From: Eimeria praecox
Lineage: Eukaryota
Direction of reading: 5' to 3'
Length of the DNA stretch: 64,000 nucleotides
NCBI GenBank assembly: GCA_963920595.1
Contig: OY986946.1
Coordinates: forward strand, 1,116,001-1,180,000
This document shows positions 50,245 through 62,396 of the stretch, in pieces. The notes under the pieces are model-generated. The model was not told the origin of the DNA. It searched no databases and saw only the letters and a list, made by a program, of their open reading frames with translations. The translations under genes were made by a program, and so were the position numbers. Each line of letters begins with the position of its first letter. Position 1 is the first letter of the stretch.

Positions 50245-52986
50245 GAGTTCTCGCCAAACAAGGGGCTCTCAGGTGAAACATCAATTTTCTTTGGAATTTA
50301 ACCTTGAAATGTCAATTGTACGAAGTCTTGATTCTCGCAATACTGCTCGGCGAGGTAGCCAGCCTGAGCTGACCTACCTCCCCGATCGCTCGACGCTGGC
50401 CTGAGGCGAACGCCTGAGGTGAAGGTAGGAGTTTCTGTGGCTACGTCCTAAGACACACACTTATTTGCTTAGGAAGAAGAAGATATTCTCTAGCACAATC
50501 TGGCGGCAGAGCACAACTGTCATATCAATGGAAAGCCCCCACGACCGAACCACTGGTCCACTGTGGCATGCAGCAAACTCTTCCGCCGTAAGGTGTTTCC
50601 TCTCTAGCGAGGACGAATAGTCAGACAAAATAGCATTAAAAGAAGTGTCTCATAGGCACTTTGAGAAGAAGTTGCTTGCCAGGTCTCATCCAGGACACGC
50701 CTGATGGGCCAACCAAAGTCGGCATGCCGCGCCCTCTTTTTGCCTTTCTTCAATGGTTGATTTCCTCTATCCTCACATCGTTTCTCTCTGCATTTGCCTC
50801 CTTTTCTCCTGACGTATTAGCTGCTCACCACGGCTAATCGGCTGCTTAAAAAGCTCTTGCGTCGCAACTGAGTGAACCCACTGCATACAAGCGCAATGTT
50901 TAGGCAGCCAAGGGGTTTCTGAGGATAAGGGTAGCTGTGGGACTTTGCTCATCATTTCGTTACCAGGCAGGCACACTAAATGTAGATAGGTGAAGGAACG
51001 CTTTTAATCCTTAGATTCCCACTGTGCAGCTGCTTTGCCCGTAGTTAACTCGCACGGTGCAGTCTTCGTTGTTGTCCTTGGCTATTTCATTTCAGTTCGC
51101 TATCACGTGTGTAATCGGCAGTAGGGTGCCACCGGCAATTATGTAATTCCCGATAGTTTTAGGTTAAAAATTTGCTGCTGGGGCATCGGGTGTGCGACAC
51201 ACCGGTGTAGTGCCACTAGCAAACGTGGACACGAGGGACGGGTGCTTTTCCATTGCTGTTGCTCGCTGGAGACATACGGCTATGTTGGTTGTGGTTGCCG
51301 TGAACATTAAGGCACACCATACGCGTAAGTGCTGCCTCAAAAACAAGAAACGAAAATAGAATACCATCACACACACTTTGCCTAACGCGGACATACTCTC
51401 CGCACCTGTATCCTTGGCAATGCACCCAAAGTAAACAGAGCAGAACTAACTTTGCCTTTATCATGTCTGCAAGCGCTTCCTGGGACAAAAGGAAGCCGGA
51501 CAAATCAAAAGAGAGACGCCACACAACAGCAAATCTTCCTACAAGAACAGAAGCAGGAGCTGTCGATATCCTCTTGCAGCAAAGGTAATACTGCGTGCAC
51601 GCATGTCTGTACATATGCGCATCGAGAAAGATATGCACAAGCAAATACTCATCCAAGCATTGTATATTTCAATAAATTTCATTCATATGTACTGGCGTAC
51701 ACGTGCATAAGCATCCGCAAGCACAGAAAACCATGCACTCGCGCAAGCGGACCCTTAGCCCTGACACCTAGTCATATGCTGCTGTGAAGAAAAGCACTTG
51801 CTGCAAACAGTCAAGGGGCCTGTAGAGAGTCATACGGACTGCTTGACGCGCTCTGCTTGGTAGGAGCGGAGACCGTACGCTGACGATCCAACAGCAAACC
51901 GGAGCTAGGCGAGTGTAGCGGCGCCTGTGCTGGCAGGCTGTGTTAGAGGGCACAGCAAGGTGTCCCCACGTGAAGAGCATATGCTTTATGCGTACTTCAA
52001 GACACCACAGCAGTACTGGCGTTATGTGTTCCCAAACATCGGATGCACCGCAGCACAAACCACCAGGCCGGTTGAAGTTTCTGCGCACTTCTCATGGGGA
52101 GGTTTTGCTAGGCTAATTGCTGACTCGGGTCGTCTATCACAAACAGAACAGTGTATGGAGATTAAAATGAATGACCTTGACTAGATGTACCCCTAATCGT
52201 CCTTTAACTGCAACAGGTCGGTCACTGCCAATCGATGTGGCGCCGTGGTGCATGCCACAGCAGACCGCCAGCGGCGGCATGACTTGCTTGCGTGTGGGCT
52301 GTTTTTCCAAACAAGAAGCTGCCACAGCTTGTTTGTAGCTTTTTTGTTCCAGATCTTGCAGCATGAGACATTCCTCCATCGTACGAAAGCCACTGTTCTG
52401 CTGAGTGCACCAGCAGTCTGTTGGTAACGGTGAGGAAGGTGTAAGCGAAATGAGCCATGAGCCGTCGTTTCGAAAGAAGGAGATGTGGAACTGCTGCAGC
52501 CATTTGTAAACTGAGGATTAGAAAGGGCCGTAGCTCTTTTTCCGCCGGATGCGGGTTTGAGGCTGTCGTTAGCTCCACCGATGCTGTTTCATGGGCACGG
52601 CAAACTGAGCGCGGGCCAGCCTTGGTGAGCAGGTAGTGGCTACCGTGGTCTTCTTTGATCTTCATTCAACGAAAATTTCGCTCGAGTTATCGCTTCAGTT
52701 GTTTGTGGCCACTTCGTGCGGCTGTCTCCACTTGCACTGCCCTGTTGGGCGTACAGCGTCTGAACGACTGGTCAACAGCTGTGCTTGAGGCCTGTAGCCA
52801 CACATTTGTCTCCTTTCAGGGTTCTTTCCGTTACTTTGGCTTTCCTGTGGCAGCCAGGACAAATTGGCTGGCTGTAACTCTTGAGGTTAGGTTACAGTAA
52901 AGGCGGGACCAGCGGACACTGGACATTGCGCCAGCAGAGCTCGAATCCGTTGTTTTTTTGGGACAGTTGAAACCGCACTTGAAGCC

Positions 52987-55900
52987 ATGGGGGACCCTGT
53001 GAGAAGCCGGAGCCACAATGAAGCCACACAGCAGGACATGCACGATGAGAAGAGGCTGGTGCGGCGGGTTACGTCCAACAGGGTGATGATGAACGTCATG
53101 GGGCGCACAGAGAGGGCTCTCCGAATGGCTCTTGGAGGTGCCCTTATCATGGCGCTGACGATGTGCGACATCCCGCACATGGACTATTCTTTCAAATACG
53201 TCGGGCCCTTTCTGTTTTTCGTTGTTGGCACATTGGCGCCACCTATGCTGAGCTCAGCAGTGATTGTGCTGTTTGCTGGCTTGGCCTGTATCTTGCTGGC
53301 ATGTGCCCTGGCAACGACACTGGCTTCGTCCTTGTTGATAGGCAGTGGTGGGAAGGCCATCTGCATTGTCCTCTACACTGTTTTTGTCATTTGGTCATCT
53401 TTCTTGACAACCACAAAGACAAAGGATATGACTCTCATCGGATCGTATATCCTGTTGTACGCCGTGCCTTTGGCTACTCTAATCGCATCCCCCTATGCAT
53501 CTGGAGGAATAAGCGTAGTTCTAACGCCTGAGAGATTTGCTGCTTTGAAGGAATTTGTCGCTAACAGCAGCATTGACGACATCTTGTCTGCAGTTTCCAG
53601 CTTCCTTCTAGTTTCACATGATAAGGCTGTCGAGTTCGTTTCCGTGCTTACGAAACCCTCGGCTGTGAAGCTGCTGGTTCTTGTTGCCCGCGTTCTCCAT
53701 ATTAAGCTTCCCTCCATCCCAGCAGGCGCACAGCTCGCTCCCCAACAGGCATTGGGGCTCTACTTGACTATTCTCGGTAGCTTTCCGGATGGGAAACGTC
53801 TCAGTTTTGAGAAAAAAGTGCCTAGAGGCGTGGGACTGGACCTTCCCCAAGAGTGGATGTACGATGTACCATTTTTTGTAGAAGGCGTTAGCGGGCAAGA
53901 TATAACTGTTGGGGCAAGGCCTGGTACTTGGTTCATCAGGGCCATATGGATTGCGTCGGGGCCAGTTGGAATCCTCAGAAACCTCATCATATTTGCTTTC
54001 TTGGGATTCGCAGTGTATCTTCTGGTTATGCTGGTGCCACCAATTAGACGGCAGCGCGATGTTGCGGTGAGAGAGATGGCAAATGCGTGCAGCGTCATCC
54101 GCAAGTGAGTCATCACATATTTTGGCTCCATAACTCAGGTCGTTACGGAGAGTAAGTAGTGGGTTTCTGCGTTATGAGCCAGCATCCTGCTATATATTTC
54201 CTGCTATATTTTTATTTTGCGTGTTGCGCCTCGCAGGTCGTTGCTCCTTGCAAAAGAAAAGCTGGCGGCAACGGACACCGCAAAGGAGGAGGCGTTGCGA
54301 GCTGTGGAAGGGGTTGAGGAAGGCCAGAAACATCAGCATGATGTGGAGGGTGGGAGAGAAGAGGTTTCGGAGGGAGGGGCTGACACATTGGATGGAGGGG
54401 CTATTGGTGCTTTGGACGAGGCCATTCTGAGTCTGCTGGAGATTCAGAAAGCTACACTGCTTTCCGGCATGGAGCCCTTCGTGCTGTACCCGGGCCCAGG
54501 CGTATGGACCATGAAGGAGCTTGATGAAGTGCGGAAAAGGCTGATTCAATGCTGCATACAGACTCAAAACGTGCTGCAGCTGATGTTCCGCCCGCAGCGC
54601 AAGAATGCCAACGGCAGCCTGAATTCAAACCCGGCCCTTGCATTTGCTGGCAGGAATCTGTTGGAAAAGTGCATACGGATGTACGAGTTGTGCGAGGAGC
54701 TCCTAACGACGTTTCCGTGTCTATTTTCTGCCTCCCAAAGCAAGCAGAAGTCAGACGAGCTGATGAAGCAGATGAGCATCCTGGAAGGTGAAATGCGCCT
54801 GTTGGCTTTGGAAGTCTTCCGTCCTTCAGAAGCAAGCACGGAGGCGGCCCTTGCTCAGCTGGAGGCAGATTGCTCTGCTGATTCAGGAGCCGCAGGTGAA
54901 AATCCTGGAGAAGGATCCAGATCTGTAAACCGCCGAAAGTCCTTTGCACGGGCTATGGAACTCCTTCCTGTGAGCCTTGGTGTCACTGCCTTCGTGCAAG
55001 CTGGGTATTCGGAGCCTCTGTGGCTGAGCCGAGCTGTTTGTGAATTGAGCAAAGCACAGCAAGTCAATACTTGGCATGGGCTTATTATGAGCATCGTCTT
55101 CCCGCTTGTGCCTGTCGTGGTGCACGCTCAACGGCTTATCGTTGCGCCCGTGTCGGCTTTAGCTTTTTGGAGGCAGCATTGGAGAGGACCTCGCGCTTGG
55201 TGGAGGGATCCAGAGGCGTGGTATGTCATCAAGCTGGTCATTCCTTTAATTATCATCTTCTCCTGTGGCATTTGCTTCCCGGAATTTCTTCAGTACTCTT
55301 GGGGTAAGTGTGCACGGGATGCGCATGGGGAAGGGGAGCACCTCTCAGTCCTCTGCAGGAGCAATAGATTCCCGAGCAGATCGGCAAACAGTCGTTTGAT
55401 GGTCAGTATAATTTGCGCATTGGGGGTGCCTTTTCCCAGACGTAAGCTTACCTTTGCTGACCGGCGTGTTTTGAAGGGTGATATTTTCTTCGTTGCAGGT
55501 GTCAAGGTGACAGAGAATCCTATATTTTTGGATTTCTCCATCCAGGGCGTGTCAACTCGTATGGTTCCTTGGCTCTTATTGGGATATCTTACAGTGCTGC
55601 AGACGACATATAACGGGACTGTCCATCGAGGCCTTGCCCGCACTGTGGGTATTTTGCTGGGATCATTCGGGGGTTGGCTGGGAATGACGTTGTTCGGCTC
55701 AAATTTGGCAGCCCTCATCGCGTTTTGTTCGGTGACGGTGTTCATTGACATTTTCGCGTTTGCTGATCCTCGTCACCCTCTGGACGGATTCTGCAGGAGG
55801 TGGGGTTATTCAGGAATGGTGTTCACCTATACGCAATCGCTCATTGTCACTCTGGCTACGGGCAAACTCGGGGGGCTGACAGGTCAGTATCAGCTGGCCA

Positions 55901-57619
55901 AGCCGGGAACCTCCTAGCTTGAAACAGTTAGGCATAGAAACACACGAGAGTACACAGTGCTCGTAGGCCACAAGCTGGCATCATCTCATCGCTTGCAAGT
56001 CCCGTTTCTTCTAGGCAGTTTCATCAGACTGCACCAGGACAGGACTTTCTTCCATGAACTTGCCTGTTGCATGCATGATCTTGGAAGTGGCATCTTTCCT
56101 GGTGTTTTTCTTGCAGGGGATCAGGATTACTTAGCGACCACTCGCATTTTGAGCAATGTTATGGGCATTCTTTTGGCGGTTATTGTGGCGCATCTGCCAC
56201 CACTTGCCAGTGCCACAACTTGCGCCTGCAATGATTACTCCGAGGTTATGCAGGGATGCACGAGGGAGGCCAGCCACTTAGTGCAGACTTTCCTTGCCAT
56301 CTGTGAATCGCCAAAGGAGGAGCAGGGTACCACTCCTGCCGCCAACACTGCAGAGTCTTCCCTTTTGCAAAGGTGAGCGGCTACCGAATCCATGCCGCAG
56401 GGTGGTGTTAGGATTGCCAGTAAAAATGCGAGTAGAGCGTGGGTATGAATGTGGCTGTATGCTTGCCTACAGTGAACACAAAGAAGTCGCGACAGCGACT
56501 AAGACACTAGAAGAGGATGTAAAAGAGAAGCTGGGCGCAGCGTCCATTCTTATGAGGGAAGGCAGCTACGTCCCATTGCTGTTCCCGTGGAAGATCCCCC
56601 AGGCCCTAGCAAAAGTGAAGGTCGCGGCGACATCAATGCTGCTTGAGGCACAGGAGACAGCTCAGCTCGTAAAGGGCATGCTGGAAGACTATGAGGGAAC
56701 AGCAGCTCCTGCTGCAGCGACAGTACCAGAAACACAAGAGCTAGAGTTGTTGCCCATGGCAGACTCGGACACGCAAGGTGCTGGGAACAAGGACAAGCAG
56801 CCGGCGGCAAGGAGCTGGAGCGTCTCTCTAATGCGGCATGGCAACTGCATGGCTTTGCGGGAGCTCTTTCAAGCAACAAAAGGTGCGCTGGAGGCTGATC
56901 AGGCGGCTTCTAGTCAAACTGTTCTTGCGATGACCTCCCTGCATTTGATGTATTTTCCCCCTTCTTGGTGGATTTGTTGTCCGTTGATGCAGGCATCGAA
57001 CTCAAGGAAGCTTTGCTGGCTACTGTTGACTCCCTTTACACTCTTGCTGTGACTGCCAGTGCGGAGCTGTGCTCCTCAATGCCTGCTTTTGGCGATAAAC
57101 TCATGTGCTGCCAGCGGCGATACGCCCGCCAGGGCGACAGTCCTGAAGCCCGCGAACAGGTACGCTGCACTAACAGCAGGCATCTTTAGAGGAAAAATAT
57201 TCCTATTGGATAGAGCAGAAACTCAATAACAGCAGATACGGTATACTAAAGCTGTTCTCCTGCAGTGGCACTGGGACCCAGGCAGTGCTGTTACAGTCGT
57301 TTGCTGGTCAGGGATATCTAAGAACGTGTGCTTGTTGTCTCCTTATGTCCAGGCCTATGATGACTGTAGCTTAGCTGTGGATATCAGCGCTCAAAGGGTT
57401 ATCGTTGCACTTTTGGAGTGCCTTGGGAAGCAGCACACAGAGCACCGGCTGTCTTCAGCAGCGCGCACAGCTTCAGCTTTCGTGATAATGAAGATGCTGT
57501 ACCATTTGCAGAGCATTAAGTTCAGCCTCGATGAGGTCCACGCAGCAGCAGTGGAAGGGTCTAAAGGAGCCAGTTGGGAACGAAACTCTTTTTCGCTGCC
57601 TCTGAGAAGGCGCAAGTGA
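52987..57619 (+). CDS. ALMT/FUSC (aromatic acid exporter-like) multi-pass transporter with two TM repeats
   Basis: Repeat 1: ERALRMALG...RNLIIFAFLGFAVYLLVMLVPP. Repeat 2: WYVIKL...WLLLGYLTVLQTTYNGTVHRGLARTVGILLGSFGG...YSGMVFTYTQSLIV...LATTRILSNVMGILLAVIV. The W..T...G....RG..R..G..LG and R.....G motifs are typical of FUSC/ALMT, and each repeat is followed by a helical soluble region. Confidence 0.75.
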
Positions 57620-58919
57620 GCCTTTTCATATGCCAGTGGCATTTGCCGCTGGGTGAATCGTCCATTCCTTCCTACTATATTCGCTAATGATCCTGACGCT
57701 TTGTAGAGTTCCCCTCCTCCACAGAAGTGGTTTTAGAAGCTGTCCAGCTGAAGGGCCCAGGAGGCTCTCATCAGACACTTGTTGCAGCGTGTTGCAGCGT
57801 ATACGCGTGGATAGGTATCTTCGCACCACCTGACGCTGGTGACTGAGACTGGCACGGCTCATTTGTCTTATTTACGGGTCGCTTTACGCAACTTGCCTTA
57901 CGCTTCGAGTGTTACGCCTGCACCATGGTTTTATTTGCCTTGGCGCTTGTAGTTTAGGCTCTTTGCAGTGGGATATCCCTTGCGGAGAGTGGCGAGGAAG
58001 CCCTAGGCACAAGCACTGTAGTGAAGCGATGCGGAGTCCATTTGTTCGAGTCCACCTTGGGATTAGCTTCTAGCAGCAGCAGTAAAAGTGTGACAGGGAA
58101 GGAGTCCATTCATTGCAGCACGGCCAGCACTAAGCGGTTGTACTTGCTACCATCAGTTGTATCTGGCGCACCAAATTAGTAACCCAGGTCTCAAGTAAGG
58201 CAGTTACCGGCTATGCGCTAGTAGCTGGCGTTCTCCCCGTCACCTGACTCCTCTAGGAAACGTTATACGTCCAGGGGACTTGCCGAATGTTTAACAGTGG
58301 ATATGCCTTCTCCTCAGGCTCGTGACAAGACCATACATAAGCAGCACACAATGTAATACATATTCACACTCGCCCATTCACATCTACGAGTCAGACGCTG
58401 GCAGTTTCTTAATAGGGCCTTGGCGTTGCGCCTCGCCAGTCTGCTTTTGCTTGATGTAGCCAATCTACAAACGAGCACGATGCGGATGCCATGGATGAAC
58501 TGTTTGGAACTTGGGTAGCCCAGTTTGGCCCGTAAGATTGAAAAGAAAAGGCCTCTTATTCATAGCCACAGGCAGCTCCAACTGGGTTGTCCAATGCATC
58601 TGCTTACGCTGCTGTGCTCCTTCCACCGGTTTTCCCTGTCAGCAAAATAAAAATAAACAAGGAGTTGCGCTGCTAGCCTCCGCAGTACTGTCCCTTCGCA
58701 AAAGGTCCCAAAATCGCACAAAAAAATCGCCCGAAGGCGCGCGCAACAGCTACTGCGGCGTTCCCTAGTCTAATTTTCATTGTCTGGAGTAGACAGGTGA
58801 TTCAATTGCCAAGAATGGGGTAGTTGATATAATCTCAAGCCTTGCCGTTCTATTACGCGGCTTTAACGACCAGGCATCAAGTGCCTGTGCGCTTCAACTG
58901 GTGTTTACAGTTGAGACAC

Positions 58920-60827
58920 TCATGGCTCTCTTTTTACTCGTAGAAGTTCCAAATCCTTCGAGGTGTGCCTTTTCTCTGTGCTTCGCCGGTTGCTTCGACT
59001 GTCCTCCCTGGCTCTCTCCTCCTCCAGCAACTCGTTCTTGGTTGCGGTGAAATCTTCTCCACGGGCTCGCTTGTCTTCCTGGCGTTCCCTCGAGCCGGCC
59101 CGCTGTCGCTCCCCCCTCCTTTTGGATGTTTCAATACTGCGTCTCCTGCTGCGTGACCTGTGTCGTTCTGTCTTGACAGCTCCTTGCTGCCGCAGTGAGC
59201 CTTCATGGCTTGCCTCTTCATCTTCTGAACGGGGACGTCTTCGGGGCCTCTCTTCTGCTCGGCCCCGATGCCGCTCGCTGCCCTCCCCTGCCTGTCCACT
59301 GCTCCTGTGGCTCCTCTCCCTCTCCTCACTCTCCAATGAACGCGACCGGCGTTTGCTCTTGCGGCTCCTATGGCGTCTTTCCCGACTGTGTGATCGCCGG
59401 CGCTTATGGGATCTGCTTTCACCCCTGTGTTCCTTGCGTTCGTCTTTTCGCATTCTGTCCTTCCCCTCCATTTTAATATCCGCAGACCCCCTCTCTTCTG
59501 ACAAGCAACGCTTGGTCCTAATCTCATCAAGGGTCTTGTCCTCTCCCCGACGACTCTTGCTGACGTCTGTTCTGCGTCTGCTCGGGCTTGGGCTGCCCCG
59601 GGACCTCTTAACACGATTGCCGCCGTTGCTGCCGCTGCGACTGAGGCTACCGCTATCAGCTGAAGATGAACGGCCTCTGGATGAACGGGATTCACTGTGT
59701 CTCTCCCTCTTCAACATCCGAAGGTGCCTTGCTTCTCTTTTGCGTTCCTTTTTCTGCAGCTTCTTCATTTTCCTGAAAAAAAAGGCGAATGTGGAGCCAA
59801 TATGCATGCCATCCTTCCATTCGCACAGTATCGTACAGTTGTCTACGCACTGCAGTCACAATGCTCACTTCTGTTCCTTCTTCAGCTTCTTCAGCGCCTT
59901 CTCAGCAGCCCGGCGGTCGTCGGAAGCTGCAGTTGCAGTGGCAGTTGCAGCTGCCGTTGCAGCTGCCGTTGCAGGCAGCGGCTCTTCGTCTGGAAGGGCT
60001 TCGCCTGCAAGGAGGTGGCGCGGTCTCCGTCCCCTGGCAAACAACAGACAGGCAAAACGCACAAGAATGAGCAGCAGCAAGCAGCATAGCTGACATTACG
60101 CAAACGGCTCGTAAGGCTCTGGTGGTCTCACACGTGTCCCACCGCTCAACGTTAGATTACTTACAACGCCTCCTCTAGAAGTTGCTGCTCGAAGCGCTTC
60201 ACTCTCTGTAGCTCTTCATCTTTCGCTCCAGTGGAGCCTTCAGCCTCTTTCTTCTTTGTCCACCAATCGAACTTTTCGAATTTCCCTCCCCTTGTGCATA
60301 TCCCCACCTTCGCGCTCGCGCCTGCACCCCGCAGGCATGCCGCAGAAAACACAATTAGAAATGCTCATGCAAAGGGGGAAAAGAGGAGGAGAAAAGCGGT
60401 TCCTTTACACCCACTTTGAGCTGGGCATGAATGGCGCTTCAGGTGTAGATGCGCTTTACAGTTACTCATCAGCACAGAATTTCGTGGTAGATGTACTGTA
60501 CGAATAATAAAGACCACTACTAACTCCGTTATAAAGTGAAGGGCCATTAAGCCGGATAGTCTGGACTGCTGAGGTAGAACGAAATTAGCCATGCCAGTAC
60601 GAGTCAACACTGCCCAGAAAAGCAACAGTTCCTCAACCCGCCTGATCAATTCCACTTTGCACTACTTCACACATTGCGAAAAGCGCAGACGCAGACTGAG
60701 GGCCACACTGACCGAGGTAATAGTCGCGGTCAGCGTTCGTCTGCGTCTTGAGAGACTCCCACTTGAAATCCTCCCACCCCCCGCGCACTCCCTCGCGGGG
60801 AGGGCTTTGTTTGATGTAAACGGCCAT
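58920..60827 (-). CDS. MMTAG2 (C1orf35)-like protein with an RS/RE-rich tail
   Basis: Spliced N-terminus PPREGVRGGWEDFKWESLKTQTNADRDYYLG-ASAKVG...FDWWTK...EELQRVKRFEQQLLEEAL matches the MMtag pattern (RGGVRGG...F.W...R..YLG). Four exons; basic/acidic low-complexity C-terminus. Confidence 0.82.
59927..59973 (-). repeat. Coding GCA/ACT-type repeat encoding an Ala/Thr homopolymer-like tract
   Basis: Translates as ATAAATAAATATATAA within exon 3 of the MMTAG2-like gene. Confidence 0.75.
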
Positions 60828-62396
60828 TATGAAGAGAACTTAATCTTCCCTTCCCAGCTTGTAACGAGCTGCCTAGCGTGCTTTCACGCGCAGCCGGTGA
60901 AGGAGCTGCGGGAGCCGGCGAGGCGAGGAACGCATCCTTAAAAGAAGAAGTGGCAGACGTCCGCAGAATCTGTATGCTTTAAAATAACACAAGCGCTTCT
61001 GATGGCGAATATCGCAAACCATCGCGTTGTAGGGTATTGCAGCCGGGTGTTGGGGCTGGGCATGCAGCCAATGCCAGGACAGTACGCAAGGTCGCCAAGG
61101 CTTCCGAGCAGTGAAACACAGTCTTCACCTGTAGAATCAGATTTACACTATACTTAATCTTATGACTATCAGTAGGAACGGTCTCACATATATCTTAACG
61201 CCTCGCCAAATTGTCTTTGGGGGACAATCTCTTAAGTACGAAACTGAGAAGACACTGATGGGCTAGTACCAGTGGTAGTTGAATTAAGTAATTGTTGCCA
61301 TTTGCCGTCATATAGTGGCAGAAACCGATTTATCAGGGAGGGTGAACTCAATTGCAGAGAAGCCGTCATCATGCTCAGTAGTCTATCGACCATACATACT
61401 CCTCAATTGTCCAACACAAGTCTTCATTCTGAGTGGGTTGCTTGGTGATGAAAAAACAGCCACTGCGTTCTTCGTTTAACTTGAGTGAAGCCTCAGTTCC
61501 AGTTTCGAGGCGAAGAATCCAATTTTTGCACGCCATGGAGGCCTCCCTCTCAGGGACCAACCCGTATAAACTGCGTGCGCTCCAGAGTTCACTCTGCTGC
61601 TCACTGTTGACGTTATGCTCGCGTGCCCAGATTCACCCTATAATGCACAACCCACAAGTGATTTGCTTGCTACGCTATCAAGCGAACAGCGCTGTGAAGC
61701 TGCAGGCGAGGCCATGATCCGTTGATCGATCTGCGGACCGGCATATAAGTAAAAATTGGGTGCTGTTTTTCGCGGAACCTTCTACAGTTAAGTATTTCTG
61801 GGGAAAGAAACGGGCTTCCGCTATTTCGCGGATGTCGCATTGAAAATGGGACAGGGGCCAGCAACTCCAACCGGTGTGCAACCGCGCGGCGGACCCAATG
61901 CATGAATGCAAAAAAAACACAGAAAACGGATTTTTCAAATGCCGCACTGCCACAGGCTGCTTATTCCTCTAATATATTGTACGTAGTCGTTGGATTGGGC
62001 CTCCCACATCCGCTACACACAGAAAGGGAGTCGTGCCAGTCAGCAGCGCATGACTACACGGACCGCCTTGTTATCTTTTTCGTTCGATGGGAGCAAGAAA
62101 AACTTATGTACGCGCTGCCTTCTGAATGGAATCAGTGCGGGGTTGATGAGGCAGACAGTATAGTTACCACTGCGCCTTTCTTTTTTTACCGCCAGGCGGC
62201 AAATGACGTTTGCATGCAAGGCATTGCGTGGGGAGCGTGCGGTGCTTTGACACAGGAAGCTCCAGTCTTTTTCGTTAGTACCGCTTGTCAGGGTTGCTTA
62301 GGGTGCAAATACCCACACACTGGCCTGTTCGTTGTCTTCAAAGCGCCCGAAGGAAGTTGCAGTTAAGCGGAAGGACTGTTTGAGGGACGGATGGGT

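Noticed and set aside
6731..57619. Apparent cluster of plant-like families (NAIP, BT1, DHU1, ALMT) as a transferred block
   Set aside because: The genes are interspersed with core housekeeping genes, have native-style introns and show no composition shift. Ancient vertical inheritance is the simpler explanation.
58030..58060. gttcgagtcc resembles a tRNA T-loop or B-box
   Set aside because: The flanks do not form a T-stem, acceptor stem or anticodon arm.
58963..60093. 376-aa plus-strand ORF and other long overlapping ORFs
   Set aside because: Antisense or alternative-frame shadows of the purine-rich RS/RE tail of the MMTAG2-like gene.
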